A stretch of 38,171 nt of DNA from a bacterium (GTDB lineage: Bacteria > SZUA-182 > DTGQ01). The notes under the pieces were generated by a model that was given only the letters and a program-made list of their open reading frames with translations, was not told the DNA's origin and did not search any database. The position numbers and the translations under genes were made by a program. Position 1 is the first letter of the stretch; every line of letters starts with the position of its first letter. The stretch lies in the NCBI GenBank assembly GCA_040752695.1, contig JBFMGO010000024.1, forward strand, positions 18,876 through 57,046. Direction: 5' to 3'. Of the stretch, positions 9,655 to 18,929 are shown in pieces.

Positions 9655-10194
9655 ATGGATGAAAAGAACAGGAAAAAGCCCGAATACGATGCAGGAGTAG
9701 TCATTCAACTGGTCACCCGGATGATGTGTCCATTTATCATGATGTTCGGGATTTACCTGATCACTCATGGGCATTTGACTCCGGGAGGTGGATTTCAGGG
9801 CGGGGTCGTTATCGCGTCGGCCTATATTTTATTCGCTCTGGTCTTCGGCAAGACAGAGGCACGGGCCGGGGCGTCCGGGTTTACTCTGAAATGTCTGGCG
9901 AGCACCGGGATTTATCTTTACATAGGTGCAGGGCTGGCCGGTATTTTCCTGGGATACCATTTCCTGGCTAATAAAGCGGCTGGTATTTTCCCGTGCGGAA
10001 TGCTGGGAGAATTGCTCAGCGCAGGGACCCTTTTTTGGATCGACATCGGAGTCGGACTGGCAGTAGCCAGTATTTTTACTGATTTATTTTATACATTTTT
10101 GGAAGAAAAACGGGATGATGTCTATATAAAAAATAAAAAGGAATTGCCATTGAAAAGGAGATGGTCGGATGTGGATAGGAATGATTCTGAGTAG
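9655..10194 (+). CDS. mnhB: Na+/H+ antiporter subunit B (MrpB/MnhB domain)
   Basis: FGIYLITHGHLTPGGGFQGGVV hallmark and DIGVGLAV. Confidence 0.92.
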   Translation: MDEKNRKKPEYDAGVVIQLVTRMMCPFIMMFGIYLITHGHLTPGGGFQGGVVIASAYILFALVFGKTEARAGASGFTLKCLASTGIYLYIGAGLAGIFLGYHFLANKAAGIFPCGMLGELLSAGTLFWIDIGVGLAVASIFTDLFYTFLEEKRDDVYIKNKKELPLKRRWSDVDRNDSE

Positions 10195-10573
10195 AATCGA
10201 TTACATAGTCACCGTCATCTTGTTCTGCATCGGACTTTATGCTTTGATTGTAAAACCCAATCTGATTAAAAAGATTATTGGAATGAATGTGATTGAAACT
10301 TCAGTGTACCTGTTTTTTATTGCCTCGGCGGATGTCCGGCTTGGGCCTGCCAGTTGGCAGTGGGCAGGACCTCCGGAAATCAAGGATGCGGCCGAGGCCG
10401 CTCTGGCCGCAGCCGGACAGGTGCCTTTAGTGAACCCGATACCATCGGCCCTTATTTTAACGGCCATTGTGGTTAGTGTCAGTTTAACAGCCATTTCTTT
10501 GGCCTTATCGATAAAGATATATGAACATTACGGAACATTGGATACTCGAAAGATCATGAGATTAAAGGGATAG
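10181..10573 (+). CDS. mnhC: Na+/H+ antiporter subunit C (MrpC/MnhC)
   Basis: IGLYALIVKPNLIKKIIGMN, NPIPSALILTAIVV and IYEHYGTLD. Confidence 0.93.
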   Translation: MILSRIDYIVTVILFCIGLYALIVKPNLIKKIIGMNVIETSVYLFFIASADVRLGPASWQWAGPPEIKDAAEAALAAAGQVPLVNPIPSALILTAIVVSVSLTAISLALSIKIYEHYGTLDTRKIMRLKG

Positions 10574-10740
10574 CTTCCCAAAAACGAAAAAAAAGAACAG
10601 ATGACCCAAAAATAGGCTAACATCAGGGCTACGCATGCTCTTTCTCCCAGCTGCAGGCGATTATGAGTATGAATCTCTACCATAAAGATAGCCAGGTATA
10701 AAAGCAACTTCTGATCCAAAAGCTCATAAGGGACGGTTTT

Positions 10741-12306
10741 ATGGATTCATCAATTGGCATCGGTGCATCTCACTTACAGGTTTTAATTCCGGTTATTTTA
10801 ATAACCAGCGCCTTGATTATTCCTGTCATTTCCAAGGTCAGCCGAAAATATCGAGAGCCGTTTATCCTCGCGGTTACTTTAGCAAGCTGCCTGGCCTCAG
10901 TGGCGATCTTTCTGAAGGTTTATGCTTCTCCCACCGGGTACATCGAGTATCTGGTCGGATATGCCTGGCGGGGCAGGACGCTTCTTCAATCGGGCCAGCC
11001 GATCGGCATTGTTATGCACACCGACCTGTTCGGGGCTATCATGCTGGTTTTAGTCAACTGCATCGGTTTTCTGGTCTGTGTTTATTCGCTCCGCTCCATT
11101 CATCACGAAGTGCCCCAGGAGAAACACACCTATTATTATACGCTGATACTCCTGATGCTGGCTGGAATATCCGGCATCGCCCTTACCGGCGATTGTTTCA
11201 ATTTTTATGTTTTTTTTGAAATCGCTTCCATCAGCTCTTACACGATGGTCTCTATCAGCGGCCGGCCCGAATCCCTCGAGGCTACATTCAAGTACGTTCT
11301 CACCGGAGCCTTCAGTTCAATTCTGATAATCTTCGCTATTGGACTGCTTTTCAATGCCACGGGAACACTCAACATGAACTATGCCTCCTCGCAGATTGCA
11401 AAAATTATCAGCTCTCAAGCCGAATCACCGCTTTATCCTTACCGATACTTAATTTATGCATCGCTGGGATTATTCATTATGGGCTTCAGTGTAAAGTCTG
11501 CCTTTTTTCCAAGTCATGCCTGGCTGGCTGATGCTCATCCGGCAGCCCCCTCTTCGATCAGCGCCCTTTTGTCCGGATTGATTGTCAAAGCCACGGGAAT
11601 CTTCTTATTGATACGCTTCATTTTTACCGTCTTCGGGGTTCACAAGGGCTACTGCGGGGAGGTTCTTTCTCCGCTCTTTTTAATAATAAGCAGTATCACT
11701 ATCCTGAGCGGTTCGCTTTTTGCCATTGTTCAGACTCAATTAAAGAGAATGCTGGCTTACTCGACTGTCGCTCAGATGGGGTATATACTTTTTGGCATAG
11801 CTTTGATCACTCATAATGGACTGTCAGGCTCTATCCTGCATATGGTCAATCATGCCATCGTCAAAAGCCTGCTCTTTTTGTGCTCCGGCATCATTATTTA
11901 TAAAACTGGAATAAAAGACATCACGGATATGGGAAGGTTAGGATATCGAATGCCTGTTACCATGGCCTGCTTCACCATAGGTGCCTGCTCAATGGTGGGG
12001 GTCCCCCCTTTGTGCGGCTTCATGAGCAAATGGGTTTTGGCTACGGCTTCCTATCAGGCGGGTATGCCTTATCTGCTCATTATCCTTTTGATCAGCAGTT
12101 TGCTGAATGCAGTCTACTACTTTCGGGTGGTAGCCATCGCTTATTTCGGAGATCCGAAAATCAAGGTAGAGACCATGGACGAAGCGCCCGCAACCATGCT
12201 GGGGCCGGTCTGTATCTTGGCCTTATTAGTTGTTATCTTAGGAGTGCTCGTAAAGTATCCGTATCACAGCGCAGCCTTGCCCGCGGCAAGGATGCTTTTG
12301 CGGTAG
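10741..12306 (+). CDS. mnhD: MrpD/MnhD-like proton-conducting membrane subunit, copy 1
   Basis: TGDCFNFYVFFEI, VKSAFFPSHAWLADAHPAAP, SALLSGLIVK, LKRMLAYSTVAQMGY and GVPPLCGFMSK. Confidence 0.92.
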   Translation: MDSSIGIGASHLQVLIPVILITSALIIPVISKVSRKYREPFILAVTLASCLASVAIFLKVYASPTGYIEYLVGYAWRGRTLLQSGQPIGIVMHTDLFGAIMLVLVNCIGFLVCVYSLRSIHHEVPQEKHTYYYTLILLMLAGISGIALTGDCFNFYVFFEIASISSYTMVSISGRPESLEATFKYVLTGAFSSILIIFAIGLLFNATGTLNMNYASSQIAKIISSQAESPLYPYRYLIYASLGLFIMGFSVKSAFFPSHAWLADAHPAAPSSISALLSGLIVKATGIFLLIRFIFTVFGVHKGYCGEVLSPLFLIISSITILSGSLFAIVQTQLKRMLAYSTVAQMGYILFGIALITHNGLSGSILHMVNHAIVKSLLFLCSGIIIYKTGIKDITDMGRLGYRMPVTMACFTIGACSMVGVPPLCGFMSKWVLATASYQAGMPYLLIILLISSLLNAVYYFRVVAIAYFGDPKIKVETMDEAPATMLGPVCILALLVVILGVLVKYPYHSAALPAARMLLR

Positions 12307-12364
12307 CGAACTTCCTATAAGCTTTACTATCGACATATTTTCGGTAGCCAGGAGAAAAATAATT

Positions 12365-13936
12365 ATGATTAAAAGCTATCTTCCTTTATTAGTGGTCATG
12401 TTCCCTCTCATTGCCATGGTTTTTCGACCTTTTGTCCAGAAACACCGGCTTTACCACTATACAGCCATCGTTAGTGGAGTCACTCTGGTTCTCATTCTCT
12501 ATATGTATCCACAGATTCTCGACGGTAATATCCTCGATCTCACGCTGGATACCGGACTCGGCTTCGATTTTGTATTTCGAGCGGACCTTTTCGGCCTTTT
12601 TGTCGGCATCATCTCCGTTGTCCTGTGGACGCTCTCCTCGATTTACAGTATCGAATACATGAATCATTCTCATTCCCATGCCAGGTTCAATATTTTTTCC
12701 CTGTTATCTCTCAGCGGGATGATGGGAGTGGTCTTTACCGGAAATCTTTTTACCCTCTACATATTTTTTGAACTTTTAAGTGTGGCCTCAGCTATTCTCG
12801 TCTTCCACGAGGAAACCCCCGATGCCATGAAAGCAGGGTTTAAATACCTGTTCTTAGGGATTGCCGGCGGATTGGTTTTGCTTTTTTCCATCATCATGAC
12901 CTACGCCATTACCGGAACGGGAGATCTTACCCTGATCGGCATCGGCTTGCAGGGAAGCAAATGGCTGCCCTGGATCTTTTGGGGATACATTATCGGCTTC
13001 GGAGTCAAGGCGGGCATGTTCCCTTTGCACATCTGGCTTCCGTCGGCTCATCCTGTGGCACCATCCGGAGCCAGTGCCCTTTTGTCGGGCGTTATGATCA
13101 AAGCCGGAGCTTACGGGATCTTTAAAACCATCTATAATATCGTCGGCTATCAGGATATCGTAAAAAATCATATGGGCCTTCTTTTACCCATGTTGATCAT
13201 CGGCCTGATCACCATCTTTCTCGGATCGGCCTGTGCCATTACTCAGACGGAAATCAAAAAGATGCTGGCCTATTCCAGTATTTCACAGATCGGATATGTC
13301 ATCATGGGATTCTGCCTTCTGGCACCCCTGGGGATCGTCGGCGGGATAATTCATATTTTTGCTCATGCCCTGATGAAAGGGACGCTCTTCATGTGCGCCG
13401 GTGCATTCATTTATAAAACGGGCCTGCGCAATCTGGAAGATTTGAAGGGGATCGGACGACGGATGCCGTGGGTCACTCTGGCTTTCAGCATATGCGCTCT
13501 TTCGATGATTGGGCTGCCGCCGTTCATCGGGTTCATCAGTAAGTGGTTTCTGGCACTTGGAGCGCTGGAGACTATGAGAATGGGAAATTACTGGTCAGGG
13601 TTTGGCCTTATCGCTCTTTTGACCCTCCTGCTCAGCAGTCTTTTGAACCTCGTTTACTACGGGCCGGTCGTTATTGGTGCCTGGATGTCTTCTGAAGGAG
13701 AGAGCGATGCCGATGGTGCCCATGGTGCCCATGGTGCTCATACCGCTCATGCTGCTCACGGTGCCCATCATGCCGACTCCAGCGAATCGGGCTTGAAAGA
13801 TCGCAAATCCGAAGATCCCAACTGGATCATGCTGACTCCGATCCTGACCCTCACCGCGGGTGTTCTGGTCTTTGGTATCATGCCGACTCTGCCTTTAAGC
13901 ATCGCCAGACAGATCAGCCGCCTGTTTTTCCCCTGA
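12365..13936 (+). CDS. mnhD: MrpD/MnhD-like proton-conducting membrane subunit, copy 2, with a His-rich loop
   Basis: GNLFTLYIFFEL, VKAGMFPLHIWLPSAHPVAP, IKKMLAYSSISQIGY and GLPPFIGFISK. Confidence 0.9.
   Translation: MIKSYLPLLVVMFPLIAMVFRPFVQKHRLYHYTAIVSGVTLVLILYMYPQILDGNILDLTLDTGLGFDFVFRADLFGLFVGIISVVLWTLSSIYSIEYMNHSHSHARFNIFSLLSLSGMMGVVFTGNLFTLYIFFELLSVASAILVFHEETPDAMKAGFKYLFLGIAGGLVLLFSIIMTYAITGTGDLTLIGIGLQGSKWLPWIFWGYIIGFGVKAGMFPLHIWLPSAHPVAPSGASALLSGVMIKAGAYGIFKTIYNIVGYQDIVKNHMGLLLPMLIIGLITIFLGSACAITQTEIKKMLAYSSISQIGYVIMGFCLLAPLGIVGGIIHIFAHALMKGTLFMCAGAFIYKTGLRNLEDLKGIGRRMPWVTLAFSICALSMIGLPPFIGFISKWFLALGALETMRMGNYWSGFGLIALLTLLLSSLLNLVYYGPVVIGAWMSSEGESDADGAHGAHGAHTAHAAHGAHHADSSESGLKDRKSEDPNWIMLTPILTLTAGVLVFGIMPTLPLSIARQISRLFFP
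13715..13771 (+). repeat. 9-bp coding tandem repeat encoding (G/T/A)AH x6
   Basis: ggtgcccat ggtgcccat ggtgctcat accgctcat gctgctcac ggtgcccat cat = GAHGAHGAHTAHAAHGAHH. Confidence 0.85.
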
Positions 13937-13961
13937 AAAAGAGGCTTAAGGGAGTGAACCG

Positions 13962-14543
13962 ATGACCGATACACCTCAAGAAAGAGTACACAATAAAAGA
14001 ATGCTGCTGTGGGCAGGACTCCTGACTCTGCTTTTCTGCCTCCTGACGGCAGGATTCTGCCGGGTCTCTCATGCGGAAGATGCACACCATTCACCGGAAA
14101 TGGCCGATACTTCACCAGTGAACGCTGGCCATGCATCCGAGGCATCAGCATTCCATCACGCCGGAGACAATCACGCAGAGGCGATACCCCTTTTCTATAA
14201 ACTCTACTGGACCGGATCGATTTCAATGGTGGTTCTGTTGATAATCTACTTTTTTTACCTTTACAAAAAGGAAAAGTATTGGCTTGTGAAATTTCTGACT
14301 TTTCTTTTACTTTTTTTGGCTTTTTCCTTATATCTTATAGAGCAGGGGCAATCTTTCGCCGGGTATTTTGATCCGGTCAGACATCTGTTCATGCCCGGAT
14401 ATCACGAGGCGAACACCATTGGGTTCTTGCGATTTATCTACAAGCTGACCCTGGGAATAGCCCTTTGCGTATATGGGTTTATGACTTTCCTGACCAGACA
14501 GGAAAATAAAAAATGCATGCCTCAAGGAGTGGAGTCAAAGTAA
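13962..14543 (+). CDS. Hypothetical membrane protein (signal/TM, His-rich segment, 3 TMs) inside the mrp locus
   Basis: RBS AAGGGAG upstream, co-oriented, and fills the gap between mnhD2 and the REC-GGDEF gene. Hydrophobic N-terminus ending VSHA, then HAEDAHH...FHHAGDNHAE and three hydrophobic segments. Confidence 0.75.
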   Translation: MTDTPQERVHNKRMLLWAGLLTLLFCLLTAGFCRVSHAEDAHHSPEMADTSPVNAGHASEASAFHHAGDNHAEAIPLFYKLYWTGSISMVVLLIIYFFYLYKKEKYWLVKFLTFLLLFLAFSLYLIEQGQSFAGYFDPVRHLFMPGYHEANTIGFLRFIYKLTLGIALCVYGFMTFLTRQENKKCMPQGVESK

Positions 14544-14557
14544 TTAAGGAGAACAGA

Positions 14558-15529
14558 ATGAATTCTTCTGAACAGACCAAGATTTTAATCGTAGACGATG
14601 ATCCGGACACTCGAGATATCATCCGGTTAAGTTTGAATTCCCATGCTTACCGCATCTCGGAGGCCAGAACGGGCGTTGAGGCGCTGGAAAAAGTGGTCAC
14701 CCACGATCCGGATATCATTGTCCTTGATGTGATGCTGCCCGAAAAATCAGGGATGGAGGTCTGTAAGGCTTTAAAAGAAAGTACGGTGACAGCCCACGTG
14801 CCGGTGATTATGCTCACGGCCAAGCAGACAATTGACGACAAAGTAGAGGGGCTTAACATTGGTGCGGATGACTACCTGATCAAGCCGTTTGATCCGGTGG
14901 AGCTGGAGGCACGCATCAAAGCCCTGCTGAGAAAAATGCGGCGCGACCTCTATGCCAACCCCCTGACTCACTTGCCGGGGAACGTCCCTATCGAGAAGGA
15001 AATCCAGCGGGCTATCGACGAGCAGAGGAAATTCGCGGCCCTGTTCATCGATCTGGATAATTTTAAAGTCTACAATGACAATTACGGCTACGCTGCCGGA
15101 AACCGGATCATCAAGTTCTGTGCGAATACGATCCTGGACAGCGTGAAGCGATTTGGCAACGCTAATGACTTCACCGGTCATATCGGCGGAGATGACTTTG
15201 TGGTCTTGACCACTCCGGACAAGGCTGACCAGATCTGCAAGGAAATTATCAGGATCTTTGACAGCCTCATTCCGATCCAGTACAACGAGGAGGATGTAAA
15301 CAGAGGATATGTTATCAGTGAGGATCGAAGGGGCGAAATTAAAAAATTTCCGTTAATGACGATTTCGATTGTAGTCATTACCAACGAAAACAATCAGTTT
15401 ATTCATCACTTGCAAGTGGCTGAAAAGGCGGCGGAACTCAAGAAGCATGTTAAAAGGATTGAGGGAAGCAAGTACAGAAAAGACCGGCGAAAATCTGGGG
15501 CCGCTCAAAAGAATGAGTCGACTGATTAA
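14558..15529 (+). CDS. Response regulator with GGDEF-family (HIGGDDF) cyclase domain
   Basis: RBS AAGGAG before ATG 14558. Intact REC (ILIVDDD, LDVMLP, MLTA, YLIKPF), then NPLTHLPG, DLDNFKVYND and GHIGGDDF. Confidence 0.9.
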   Translation: MNSSEQTKILIVDDDPDTRDIIRLSLNSHAYRISEARTGVEALEKVVTHDPDIIVLDVMLPEKSGMEVCKALKESTVTAHVPVIMLTAKQTIDDKVEGLNIGADDYLIKPFDPVELEARIKALLRKMRRDLYANPLTHLPGNVPIEKEIQRAIDEQRKFAALFIDLDNFKVYNDNYGYAAGNRIIKFCANTILDSVKRFGNANDFTGHIGGDDFVVLTTPDKADQICKEIIRIFDSLIPIQYNEEDVNRGYVISEDRRGEIKKFPLMTISIVVITNENNQFIHHLQVAEKAAELKKHVKRIEGSKYRKDRRKSGAAQKNESTD

Positions 15530-15602
15530 CAAATGAAATCAAGAATTCAGAGGCCAGAATAAAAGCAGTTTTCTCCTGACTCCTGACTCTTTGTTGAGTG
15601 CG

Positions 15603-17330
15603 ATGAACCTTAACATTACCCAGAAATTGATGGTTGGTTTTTCGGTAGTCATCCTTTTTTCGGTTGCTGTAGGAACCTTTGCCTATGTCTCTTTGCTGCA
15701 GGTTACCCGCGAGCTTCATGAGGCAACCGGAAACCTTGATCCCGCCATTTCGAGAGAGAAGGGCATCATTCATAAGGCCCGCAGGTTAATCTCCATGGCG
15801 GCCCGGGATAAGGCGATTCTTTTTACCATAACCATGCTGAGCTTTATCGTAACCCTTGCAGTATCTTTGTTTTTAGCGAATAAGTTCACCGATCCGATCA
15901 TATCTTTATCCAAGAAGGCGGAATTGATTGGCCGGGGCAAATTGAATGAGCGAATCGACATCACGAGCCAGGATGAGATCGGTGAATTGGCCAGAACCTT
16001 CAACCAGATGGGCGCATCCTTGCAGGATCGTCAGAACCAGATTGAAAGGGCCAACCAGGAACTGGAAAGACGCGATCGGGTGTTGTGTGAGGCCAATGCC
16101 AAGCTGGAAATGTTGAATGCCGTTAAAAATGATTTTCTGTCGATTGTTTCTCATGAATTGCGCACACCGCTTACGGTCATAAAAGGGTACATCTCACTGA
16201 TTAAAAATCAACGTCTGGGACCGGTCAATGAGCAGCAATTAAAGGGCCTGACCATAGCTGACGAGCGGGCTGACCACCTGAACAGCCTGATCAGCGATCT
16301 TCTGGATTTGTCTCGAATCGAATCGAACAAGTATGAAATTCACCAGGAAGTATTGGACTTTGCCGCTCTGGCGGAAATTACCGCCAACTCCATGCGTCCT
16401 TTATTCAAGAAAAAGGGAGTCCGCTTCAAGACACGCATCCCGGATGGACTTGCGCCGGTCTATGCAGATAAGCAGAAAGTTTCCCAGGTACTCACCAATT
16501 TGCTGAGTAACGCCCTCAAATTTACTTCTGTCAGAGGAGAGGTTATCCTGGATGCACTGCCGGAGGCGGAAGCAGAGGCAGGGGCAGAAAGAGATGCTCA
16601 TCAAGAGCAGGGGGCGAATGTGCAGGCCCGGGATTTTATCCAGGTCGATGTCAGAGATACGGGAATCGGCCTTACGGAAGATGCCGTGGACAAGATCTTC
16701 GATAAATTTTATCAGGTCGATAATTCCATCACCCGCGAATATGGAGGGACAGGGCTGGGACTTTGTATAGCCAGAAATATCGTTGACCTGCACCATGGCA
16801 GAATGTGGGTGAGAAGTCAAAAGGGAAAGGGAAGCACTTTCTCCTTTACCCTGCCCAAGGCCAACGGGGCTCTGCGGCCTGCCAAAGTATCCGCTGCGAT
16901 CAAAGAGTCCGTGTGCAGCAAAAGACCTCTGATCGAGGAGACGAAAGGGAGCCGGAAAGACTCGTCCGAGCGCAAGATCCTGGTTGTCGATAATAACCCG
17001 ATAATCCGGGAACTGATCCTTACCTGCATCAGTGAGGGCACATGGAAAATTTTTACCGCTCACGATGGCATCGAGGCTTTGGAGAAAATTTTTCAGGATC
17101 CTCTGGACCTGATTCTGCTCGATACGAATCTGCCGCGTTTAAATGGTTACGATTTATGTCAAATTGTTAAAACAAACGAAAAAACGAAACATATTCCGCT
17201 CATTATCCTTTCGGCCTCTGCCCAGCGGTCGGAAATTGACCGGGGTTTTCAAATGGGAGCGGATGACTATATTACCCATCCCTTCGTACCGGAGGAGATC
17301 GTAAAAAGAATTGGCAGCCTCATTGGGTAA
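15603..17330 (+). CDS. Membrane hybrid histidine kinase (2 TM, HAMP, HisKA, HATPase, C-terminal receiver)
   Basis: DEIGELARTFNQM (HAMP), VSHELRTPLT, NLLSNALKFT, DTGIG and GGTGLGL; C-terminal REC KILVVDNN...LLDTNLP. Confidence 0.92.
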   Translation: MNLNITQKLMVGFSVVILFSVAVGTFAYVSLLQVTRELHEATGNLDPAISREKGIIHKARRLISMAARDKAILFTITMLSFIVTLAVSLFLANKFTDPIISLSKKAELIGRGKLNERIDITSQDEIGELARTFNQMGASLQDRQNQIERANQELERRDRVLCEANAKLEMLNAVKNDFLSIVSHELRTPLTVIKGYISLIKNQRLGPVNEQQLKGLTIADERADHLNSLISDLLDLSRIESNKYEIHQEVLDFAALAEITANSMRPLFKKKGVRFKTRIPDGLAPVYADKQKVSQVLTNLLSNALKFTSVRGEVILDALPEAEAEAGAERDAHQEQGANVQARDFIQVDVRDTGIGLTEDAVDKIFDKFYQVDNSITREYGGTGLGLCIARNIVDLHHGRMWVRSQKGKGSTFSFTLPKANGALRPAKVSAAIKESVCSKRPLIEETKGSRKDSSERKILVVDNNPIIRELILTCISEGTWKIFTAHDGIEALEKIFQDPLDLILLDTNLPRLNGYDLCQIVKTNEKTKHIPLIILSASAQRSEIDRGFQMGADDYITHPFVPEEIVKRIGSLIG

Positions 17331-17387
17331 GCAACGTGAAGGCGAAAACCTAATAAAGGCTCTTTCATCGGGAGTTGTGAGTGACGT

Positions 17388-18905
17388 ATGAACCAGATTA
17401 GCAACATGTTACCTATATTAGCCCTTTCCATTCCTCTTTTGGGAATCGTCTTGATCCTCTTATGCAATAAGCGGGTTCCACAAAGAGTCAACCTCCTTAC
17501 CGCCTTCATCATATTGTTAACCTTTGCGACTGTTGCCGCCATGTATCCTGCAATCAGGGCAGGGAAAGTCCTGGCAGGCAGCTTTACGGTATTTGAGGCA
17601 GAGGGATTTCCTGTTGTTATGCTTTTCTCCCTTCGGGTCGATGCTCTGGGGTTTTTTATCGCCCTTATTGCCACGGCGATCTGGATGCTTTCCAGCTTTT
17701 TTGCCATTGAATTTATGCGAAAGAAACACAGCCAGCTCAGGTATGATGTGTTTTCGCTCCTCACCCTGGTCGGCATGATTGGTGTTGTTTTCAGCGGAGA
17801 TTTGTTCACCCTGTATGTTTTTTTCGAGCTTTTGAGCGTAGCCTCTTTAGTGCTCGTGATCCATGAGCAGACCCCTGCGGCCATGAGGGGAGGAGTGATT
17901 TACATCTTCATGGGCATCTGCGGAGGACTGATTCTCCTTCTGTCTATCCTGATGACCTATTCCATGACGGGCTCGATCGACCTGGCAACTGTAGGTCTGG
18001 GGCTCAAAGGAAACAAATGGCTGCCTTTGATTTTCTGGGGATACGTCCTGGGCTTTGGAGTGAAGGCGGGTATCTTTCCTTTGCACTTCTGGATGCCTTC
18101 GGCTTATCCTGAGACTCCCACCTGTGCAGTGGCCCTTTCTTCAGGGGTCATGATCAAGGCGGGGGCTTATGGAATCACCAGAACCATTTACAGCATCATC
18201 GGTCTTGATGCCCTGCGGGGGGGGGTGCTGGTGGCCATTTTACTGGGGATGGCGCTTTTCTCCATTTTCATCGGATCTGCGGCTGCCATAAATCAGAAAG
18301 ATATCAAAAAGCTCCTGGGGTATTCCAGCGTATCTCAGATCGGCTATATAATCCTCGGTCTGACCCTGCTCTCGCCCTTAGGGCTGACTGGTGGAATCCT
18401 GCACATGTTCAATCACGCGATTATAAAAGCAGCCCTCTTTTTATGCGCCGGCATATTTATCCATCAGGCCGGCTACCGATATCTGGATGAACTGAAAGGG
18501 ATCGGCAGAAAAATGCCTCTAATAACAGCCTGCTTCACGATGGCTGCTCTGTCGATGATCGGTTTACCGCCTTTCAATGGATTTATCAGTAAATGGTTTT
18601 TAGCTATTGGAGCACTGGATGCAGTTAAGGTGGGCTCGTACAGCCTGTGGGTGGGTATCCTGGCAGTAGGTACCTTGATTGTCAGCAGCTTTATGAATCT
18701 GATCTACTATGGCCCGATTGTTTATAACGCCTGGTTTGGGACAGTGGACAAGGCGAATCAGAATGAGGAGTGGCAGGACCTCCAGCCTGCCCCGGTCATG
18801 ATGATTCCTGTCTTGCTCCTTGCTCTGGGGACGGTGGTTTTCGGGATTTTCCCCGGCTTTCCCCTGGCTCTAGCCCATCAGATCAGCCAGTTTTATTTTC
18901 ACTAG
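17388..18905 (+). CDS. mnhD: MrpD/MnhD-like proton-conducting membrane subunit, copy 3
   Basis: GDLFTLYVFFEL, VKAGIFPLHFWMP, IKKLLGYSSVSQIGY and GLPPFNGFISK; closely paralogous to copy 2. Confidence 0.9.
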   Translation: MNQISNMLPILALSIPLLGIVLILLCNKRVPQRVNLLTAFIILLTFATVAAMYPAIRAGKVLAGSFTVFEAEGFPVVMLFSLRVDALGFFIALIATAIWMLSSFFAIEFMRKKHSQLRYDVFSLLTLVGMIGVVFSGDLFTLYVFFELLSVASLVLVIHEQTPAAMRGGVIYIFMGICGGLILLLSILMTYSMTGSIDLATVGLGLKGNKWLPLIFWGYVLGFGVKAGIFPLHFWMPSAYPETPTCAVALSSGVMIKAGAYGITRTIYSIIGLDALRGGVLVAILLGMALFSIFIGSAAAINQKDIKKLLGYSSVSQIGYIILGLTLLSPLGLTGGILHMFNHAIIKAALFLCAGIFIHQAGYRYLDELKGIGRKMPLITACFTMAALSMIGLPPFNGFISKWFLAIGALDAVKVGSYSLWVGILAVGTLIVSSFMNLIYYGPIVYNAWFGTVDKANQNEEWQDLQPAPVMMIPVLLLALGTVVFGIFPGFPLALAHQISQFYFH

Positions 18906-18929
18906 TATCAAAAGAAGAAGAGTAGTTGC

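Noticed and set aside
10661..10729. TTATGAG/CTCATAA pairing near the mnhD1 RBS in the 167-bp intra-operon gap
   Set aside because: Only 7-8 bp across a ~55-nt loop; compatible with chance without conservation data.
15535..15592. Short heptamer repeats (TCCTGAC x2) and similar short repeats near 31680-31730
   Set aside because: Two to three degenerate copies of low-complexity intergenic sequence; no functional claim possible.
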